A DNA stretch of 64,000 nt. Origin: Podarcis bocagei (taxonomy: Eukaryota). Shown one piece after another: positions 58,326 through 64,000 of the stretch (the first letter of the stretch is position 1; each line of letters begins with the position of its first letter). The notes beneath the pieces were generated by a model that worked only from the letters and a program-made list of their open reading frames with translations, did not search any database and was not told where the DNA came from. The translations under genes were made by a program, and so were the position numbers. The stretch lies in NCBI GenBank assembly GCA_964188305.1, contig OZ076888.1; one strand, given 5' to 3'.

Positions 58326-61268
58326 CTGAAGGTGCTGCTGTGCAATGCCAGGTCAATGATTCGTAAGACCACTGCCATCCATGACTTGATCATGGATGGA
58401 GGATTTGACCTGGCATGTGTAACAGAGACTTGGTTGGATGAAGCAGATGGGCCTGTCCTTGCCGCTGCTTGTCCACCAGGTTTCTCTTACGCACAGCAAC
58501 CCAGGTCACGTGGGCGGGGAGGGGGGGTTGCAGTGATTTTTAGGAAGTCATTAGTTTGCACCAGGCGTCCTATTGGGAAGACCCAGTTTTCTGAGTGCAT
58601 GTTCTGGAAGTTGGGCAATAGGGGCAGTACAGGATTCCTTTTGGTGTACCGACCTCCCCGCTGCACCAAGGATTCCCTGCCCGAGCTGCTTCAGGTCGTG
58701 GCGGATGTTCTCCTGGAGACACCCAGCCTGGTCGTCCTAGGGGATTTTAACATCCATGCCGACACGACCTTACAAGGGGCCGCTCGGGACTTCGTGGAAA
58801 GCATGGCCTCCATGGGGCTGTCCCTGAATAAGTCTGGCCCAACCCATAGCCGTGGACATGCCTTGGACCTGGTGTTTACCTCTATGGATGTTGGTGATCT
58901 GACACTAAGTAAAAGCGAAATGAAAGAAGTGCCATGGTCAGATCACTTCCTGGTGCAACTGGACTTCTCTGCGACCCATCCCCTCTGCAGGGAGGTGGGA
59001 CCAATTCGGATGGTCCGCCCCCGCCACTTAATGGATCCAAATGGTTTCCAGAGAGTGGTAGGGGATGCTTTATCCCATGTTGATGGCCTTTCAGCTGATT
59101 CCCTGGTGGCCCGCTGGAATGTGGAGTTAACCAGGGCTATTGACTGTTTGGCTCCGAAGCGCCCTCTCCGATTGCATGGAGCCCGGACAGCCCCGTGGTT
59201 TTCCACGGATCTGAGGGCAATGAAACAATCGTTGAGACGGCTAGAGCGCCGGTGGCGGATAACTCATTCCGAATCTGACCGGACACAGGTTAGAGCTCAA
59301 CGTCGAGCCTACCAAGTGGCGATAGCGACGGCGAAGAAGAATTTCTTCACCGCCTCTATTGCATCTGCAGAAAACAGCAGCAGGAGACTTTTTCAGGTGG
59401 TTCACAATTTAGCGGAACCACCTGCAACATCGGGGCCCAGTACGGGCCACATGTTCTCCTGCAATGATTTTGCAAAGTTTTTTGCAGATAAAATCGCCCA
59501 GATTCGGGAAGAAGTAGACTCCACCGTGGGAGCAGGGCCGGGGCGGGAGAGTGCTAGAGTTCTGTCTAGTCAAGTTGAGTGGGATCAATTTCAACCTGTT
59601 ACCTCCGAGGATGTGGACAGGCTGCTTGGACGAGTGAAACCAACCACCTGTCTCCTGGATCCTTGCCCATCCTGGCTTATAAAAGCTAGCCGGGAAGGAC
59701 TGGGCGATGGGCTTCGTGGGGTGGTGAATGCTTCCCTCCGTGAGGGAGCCTTCCCAGACCCGCTGAAAGAGGCGGTTATTAAACCGCTTCTTAAAAAACC
59801 ATCTTTAGATGCGGCCACGATGGCCAACTATCGCCCAGTCTCAAATCTTCCATTCCTGGGCAAGGTGATTGAGCGAGTGGTTGCTGAACAACTCCAGGCA
59901 CGCCTGGAAGAAGCGGACCATTTGGATCCCTTCCAGTCGGGATTCAGGCCTCATCATGGGACTGAAACTGCCTTGGTCGCACTGGTTGATGATCTCCGGC
60001 GGGCTAGGGACAAAGGTGAGAGCTGTTTCCTAGTTCTGCTGGATCTCTCAGCGGCGTTTGATACCATCGACCATAGCATCCTTCTGGACCGTCTTGAGGG
60101 GCTGGGAGCTGGGGGCACTGTTATACAGTGGTTCCGCTCCTTCCTCCTGGGCCGTGTTCAGAAAGTGGTGGTGGGGGATGAGTGTTCAGACCCTTGGGCC
60201 CTCACTTGTGGGGTGCCTCAGGGTTCTGTCCTCTCCCCCATGCTTTTTAACATCTATATGAAGCCGCTGGGAGAGATCATCAGGAGGTTTGGGCTGGGTG
60301 TTCATCAGTATGCGGATGACACCCAGCTCTACCTCTCTTTTAAATCAGAACCAGTGAAGGCGGTGAAGGTCCTGTGTGAGTGTCTGGAGGCGGTTGGAGG
60401 ATGGATGGCGGCTAACAGATTGAGGTTGAATCCTGACAAGACAGAAGTACTGTTTTTGGGGGACAGGAGGCGGGCAGGTGTGGAGGATTCCCTGGTCCTG
60501 AATGGGGTAACTGTGCCCCTGAAGGACCAGGTGCGCAGCCTGGGAGTCATTTTGGACTCACAGCTGTCCATGGAGGCACAGGTCAAATCTGTGTCCAGGG
60601 CAGCTGTTTACCAACTCCATCTGGTACGTAGGCTGAGACCCTATCTGCCTGCGGACTGTCTCGCCAGAGTGGTGCATGCTCTGGTTATCTCCCGCTTGGA
60701 CTACTGCAATGCGCTCTACGTGGGGCTACCTTTGAAGGTGACGCGGAAACTACAACTAATCCAGAATGCGGCAGCTAGACTGGTGACTGGGAGCGGCCGC
60801 CGAGACCATATAACACCGGTCTTGAAAGACCTGCATTGGCTCCCAGTACGTTTCCGAGCACAATTCAAAGTGTTGGTGCTGACCTTTAAAGCCCTAAACG
60901 GCCTCGGTCCAGTATACCTGAAGGAGCGTCTCCACCCCCATCAGTCTGCCCGGACGCTGAGGTCCAGCGCCGAGGGCCTTCTGGCGGTTCCCTCACTGCG
61001 AGAAGCAAAGCTACAGGGAACCAGGCAGAGGGCCTTCTCGGTAGTGGCGCCCGCCCTGTGGAACGCCCTTCCAGCAGATGTCAAAGCGATAAACAACTAC
61101 CTGACATTCAGGAGACATCTTAAGGCAGCCCTGTTCAGGGAAGTTTTTAACGTGTGACATTTTACTGTATTTCTGGTTTTTATGGAAGCCGCCCAGAGTG
61201 GCTGGGGAGGCCCAGCCAGATGGGCGGGGTATAAATAATAAATTATTATTATTATTATTATTATTATT
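58326..61268 (+). mobile_element. Young L2-clade LINE, 5'-truncated at the start of ORF2
   Basis: Intact ORF2; short 3' UTR with stem-loop (tggctggg..cccagcca) and (TAT)n tail; possible 5-bp TSD ttcct (58323-58327, 61267-61271). Confidence 0.93.
58332..61157 (+). CDS. L2 ORF2: APE endonuclease + reverse transcriptase
   Basis: 941 uninterrupted codons; APE motifs NARS, VTETWL, VYRPP, GDFN, LDLVF, SDH; RT motifs LLDLSAAFDTIDH, GVPQGSVLSP, YADD; L2-type C-terminus HITPVLKDLHWLPV. Confidence 0.95.
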   Translation: MLLCNARSMIRKTTAIHDLIMDGGFDLACVTETWLDEADGPVLAAACPPGFSYAQQPRSRGRGGGVAVIFRKSLVCTRRPIGKTQFSECMFWKLGNRGSTGFLLVYRPPRCTKDSLPELLQVVADVLLETPSLVVLGDFNIHADTTLQGAARDFVESMASMGLSLNKSGPTHSRGHALDLVFTSMDVGDLTLSKSEMKEVPWSDHFLVQLDFSATHPLCREVGPIRMVRPRHLMDPNGFQRVVGDALSHVDGLSADSLVARWNVELTRAIDCLAPKRPLRLHGARTAPWFSTDLRAMKQSLRRLERRWRITHSESDRTQVRAQRRAYQVAIATAKKNFFTASIASAENSSRRLFQVVHNLAEPPATSGPSTGHMFSCNDFAKFFADKIAQIREEVDSTVGAGPGRESARVLSSQVEWDQFQPVTSEDVDRLLGRVKPTTCLLDPCPSWLIKASREGLGDGLRGVVNASLREGAFPDPLKEAVIKPLLKKPSLDAATMANYRPVSNLPFLGKVIERVVAEQLQARLEEADHLDPFQSGFRPHHGTETALVALVDDLRRARDKGESCFLVLLDLSAAFDTIDHSILLDRLEGLGAGGTVIQWFRSFLLGRVQKVVVGDECSDPWALTCGVPQGSVLSPMLFNIYMKPLGEIIRRFGLGVHQYADDTQLYLSFKSEPVKAVKVLCECLEAVGGWMAANRLRLNPDKTEVLFLGDRRRAGVEDSLVLNGVTVPLKDQVRSLGVILDSQLSMEAQVKSVSRAAVYQLHLVRRLRPYLPADCLARVVHALVISRLDYCNALYVGLPLKVTRKLQLIQNAAARLVTGSGRRDHITPVLKDLHWLPVRFRAQFKVLVLTFKALNGLGPVYLKERLHPHQSARTLRSSAEGLLAVPSLREAKLQGTRQRAFSVVAPALWNALPADVKAINNYLTFRRHLKAALFREVFNV

Positions 61269-62826
61269 CCTCAGCCAGAAACATGAGCCTAGGCTAGACC
61301 AATGCCAGGAGCTGCCAGAGAAATTTCCCCCCAAAACTGGTTCTTTTGAAAATCCTATAATAGTGAACTAAGCTTTAGTTCATTCATCTTCTTGGTCCCT
61401 CATGGCCCAACTCAATTTTCTCCCTGTAATTATCTAACACACTCTGGCTCTACTTCAGGAAAGCACAAAAGGAGGTTAAAGGATTTCCCAGAGAACACTA
61501 TGCATATAAAGCAGCAAGTCCTCTGGATCATAGAAAGCATCTCAGAGGCTAACAACACAACCACTCTAGGCTTATTTCCCAAGTAGTAAGTTTCCTGCTG
61601 TTTGTCTGGGGCAGGTTTAAGCACCCTTGAATATCGATGGATCAAAGTTCAATCATTCATTTGCAGCTGTGTTCATATTCCAAATGCATCTTTGCAAACT
61701 ACAGTGGAACCTGAGTGCATATGGACTTTATTCGTTTATTAAAAACAAATAAAAACTCTCACAAGGTTGCTTACAAAATCACTCATCACACTGATGAAAA
61801 GAAATGTTACATGGGCACGGTCTAGGCACATGTTGTGCACTGTCCAGTCACATTTTGCAGGGAGTAGATTTTGCAGATGAACAAATATGTCAATTTCAGT
61901 TTCCCTCATTTTTCCAATCTTAAGTTTGATTCTCCACATTTCCACATTAGTTTGCAATTTGAACAAAGTTTGCATGAAAATTCATCAGAATTTTCCTAGT
62001 ATACAAATTGTTGTTTGCATTTCCCCCAATATGCATATTTTTGCAAAGCAATTTCTCCCACTCTAACACATTTCAAAATGTTATTTTCGCTAATATATGT
62101 GTTTATATACACCCTTGATCCTAATATATGCATTTTTGTGCATACTACATGTAAAGAAGAATGTCATTCTTTTCTTTACTTGCTAAAAGCAAACACTTAT
62201 TTAGATGAAAGAAAGGGGAAGGGGAAGTCAGCAGATAACACAATGAATTTTGTTACCCAAGTACAGAAATTGTATAAAACAGAACTGTCAAGTGAGATGC
62301 ATTTTTATTTGCGTTTATAGACACCTGATTGATATCACAGGCCTTATCTACATTATAAGCTTACTGAATGCCAATAGTGAGCCGAAACTGATTTAACCAA
62401 CAGCTGATATGCAGCATCTAGCTGAAAATATATGGGGACTCAACCAAATACGGTTACAATTTCTTTTTGTCCAGATCAAGTTATAGAGAGAAATGTTTCT
62501 GGGAAAGCTTAACAAAGTAAGTAAATCCTCAGAGAGGAGTTGCTGCAACAATACAGGCAACAGTCGAACCCTGAGCTAAGCATACCTAAGCCCACTGATT
62601 TCAGAGACCTTAAGTGAATTTAACTCTGTTGAATTGTGACCATAATTATCAACATGCTTTGACCAAAGCAATTTATTTTCTTTTTTGCTGCCTTTATCCA
62701 TTTCACCCCACAAACAAGGCAACACAGTACAAGGAAAGATGGTCTCCACCTGGTGGGCTGAAGGATATATATATATATATATATATTTAGTCTGTTTTCA
62801 GAAATTGCATGTAAGTCAATCAATCC

Positions 62827-62857
<31 letters not shown>
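62827..62857. repeat. (ATTG)n microsatellite
   Basis: Seen directly. Confidence 0.9.
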
Positions 62858-62860
<3 letters not shown>

Positions 62861-62939
62861 AAGCCCAGCCCACAAAGTCCTTGGGCAGCCAGGCTGCTCT
62901 TCAGATGTTTGTACAATGACAGTGAAGTTCTGAAGAGCA

Positions 62940-63830
62940 GGTTGGTATCCATAAGACTCGGGAGACAATGCAGGAGTGTGCCTTTGGGGATTAAGTCAAA
63001 CTGCTGGAACACTGCAGCACCTGCTATGGCTGTAGAGACCAATATGCTAGAGACATGTTTTGTTGCTGCTGAAGGTGTCTGGTTGTGCTGTTGCAGATGC
63101 ACCATGGCACTCTCCCAGCAGTCATTGCTGCCCTGGTCATACAGCGTGGTTGATATTGCCACCCTTCATGTCACATTTGCAGACATCCTTGTAATGCAGA
63201 AATGATCTGCTAATGGGCACGATGTCTGAAGTCAGCTCCCCGCAGAGCACATCCCTGGAGATTCTGTTATCTTCCATTCTGTGGACATGACTAAGCCAAC
63301 AGAGATGTTGCTGAAACAGAAATGTGAACATGCTAGAAATGTGGGCTTGGAAGAGCACATCTTTGTTTGAGGCTCTGGCCTGCCATGTTATGCCAAATAT
63401 CTTCCTGACATACCACACATGGAAAGCATCACTCTAGTTGATTGTAAGTTGCCCACGACTGACTTGCATAAAGCAGTGTGCTCTGCACACAAGCCTGGTG
63501 GACCTTCATATTGATATTGAATGTTAGCATCACATTCTCCCATACCCTTTTGGAAAAGTGAGCCATTGCCATAGCTGCCTTCACAATACACTTGTCCAGC
63601 TGGTTATGGTGGAATCCAGGTAAACGAAATCATCTACCACCTCAAGGGGGCAGTCATCAGTGCTGATGTGCTGAGTGCTGGTGATGTCCTGACCCAGAAT
63701 ATTGGTCTTTTGTCAGGCTGATGGTAAGGCCGAACTCCTTGTAGGCTTGATAATGAGTTGATGAGCCTCTGTAGAGCTTCTTCAGAGAGCTCTGTCAAGG
63801 CTGCGTCATCTGAAATCAACATCTCTTGGA
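62940..63830 (-). mobile_element. Old RTE LINE 3' fragment
   Basis: MLISDDAAL...EEALQRLI (decayed FADD); HVHRMEDNRISRDVLCGEL; HYKDVCKCDMK; terminal IGLYSHSRCC. Confidence 0.88.
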
Positions 63831-63834
63831 TAGC

Positions 63835-63963
63835 CTTTTAAATGATTGGGTTGTCTTTGCTTTGTTTCTATTATGTATTTTCTGTTTTTCATATTGTGAG
63901 TTTATGTTGTTAACCGCCCTGAGATCTACAGCTGTATCATAGGGCAGTAGAGAAATTTTAATG
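63835..63963 (+). mobile_element. L2-type 3' tail remnant
   Basis: T-rich tract then tgttaaccgccctgagatc...tagggcagtagagaaat. Confidence 0.55.
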
Positions 63964-64000
63964 ACAACCACCACCACCTGCTACCCTTTGTCTTGGTGCT

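Noticed and set aside
62620-63205. 180-aa and 117-aa ORFs
   Set aside because: Read-through of a decayed RTE end and microsatellites

Overview
This 64-kb window is eukaryotic, AT-rich and non-genic. Its repeat complement (Sauria SINE/Squam1, Squam3 with a (CTT)n tail, a tRNA-Lys SINE with a CR1 tail, BovB, RTE, CR1, L2, L1, hAT and Tigger-like MITEs) points to a squamate, most likely a lacertid lizard (inference). I could not identify any host exon, so it looks like a large intron or gene desert. The only long ORF is an uninterrupted L2 LINE ORF2 with APE endonuclease and RT domains (58332-61157). Four items stand out. (1) A complete minimal type-I hammerhead ribozyme (16936-16979) sits inside a 499-bp TSD-flanked non-coding insert that splits a CR1 tail. 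(2) Three copies of a ~0.75-kb LTR-like element have no target-site duplication and share a ~130-nt RNA structure with compensatory base changes. (3) A complete, TSD-flanked 1.84-kb L1-derived element has a 5' UTR, a 201-aa ORF and poly(A) but no ORF2 (HAL1-like). (4) A ~55-bp hairpin micro-element occurs twice. Family names come from recognition, not database searches, and boundaries of old repeats are approximate.
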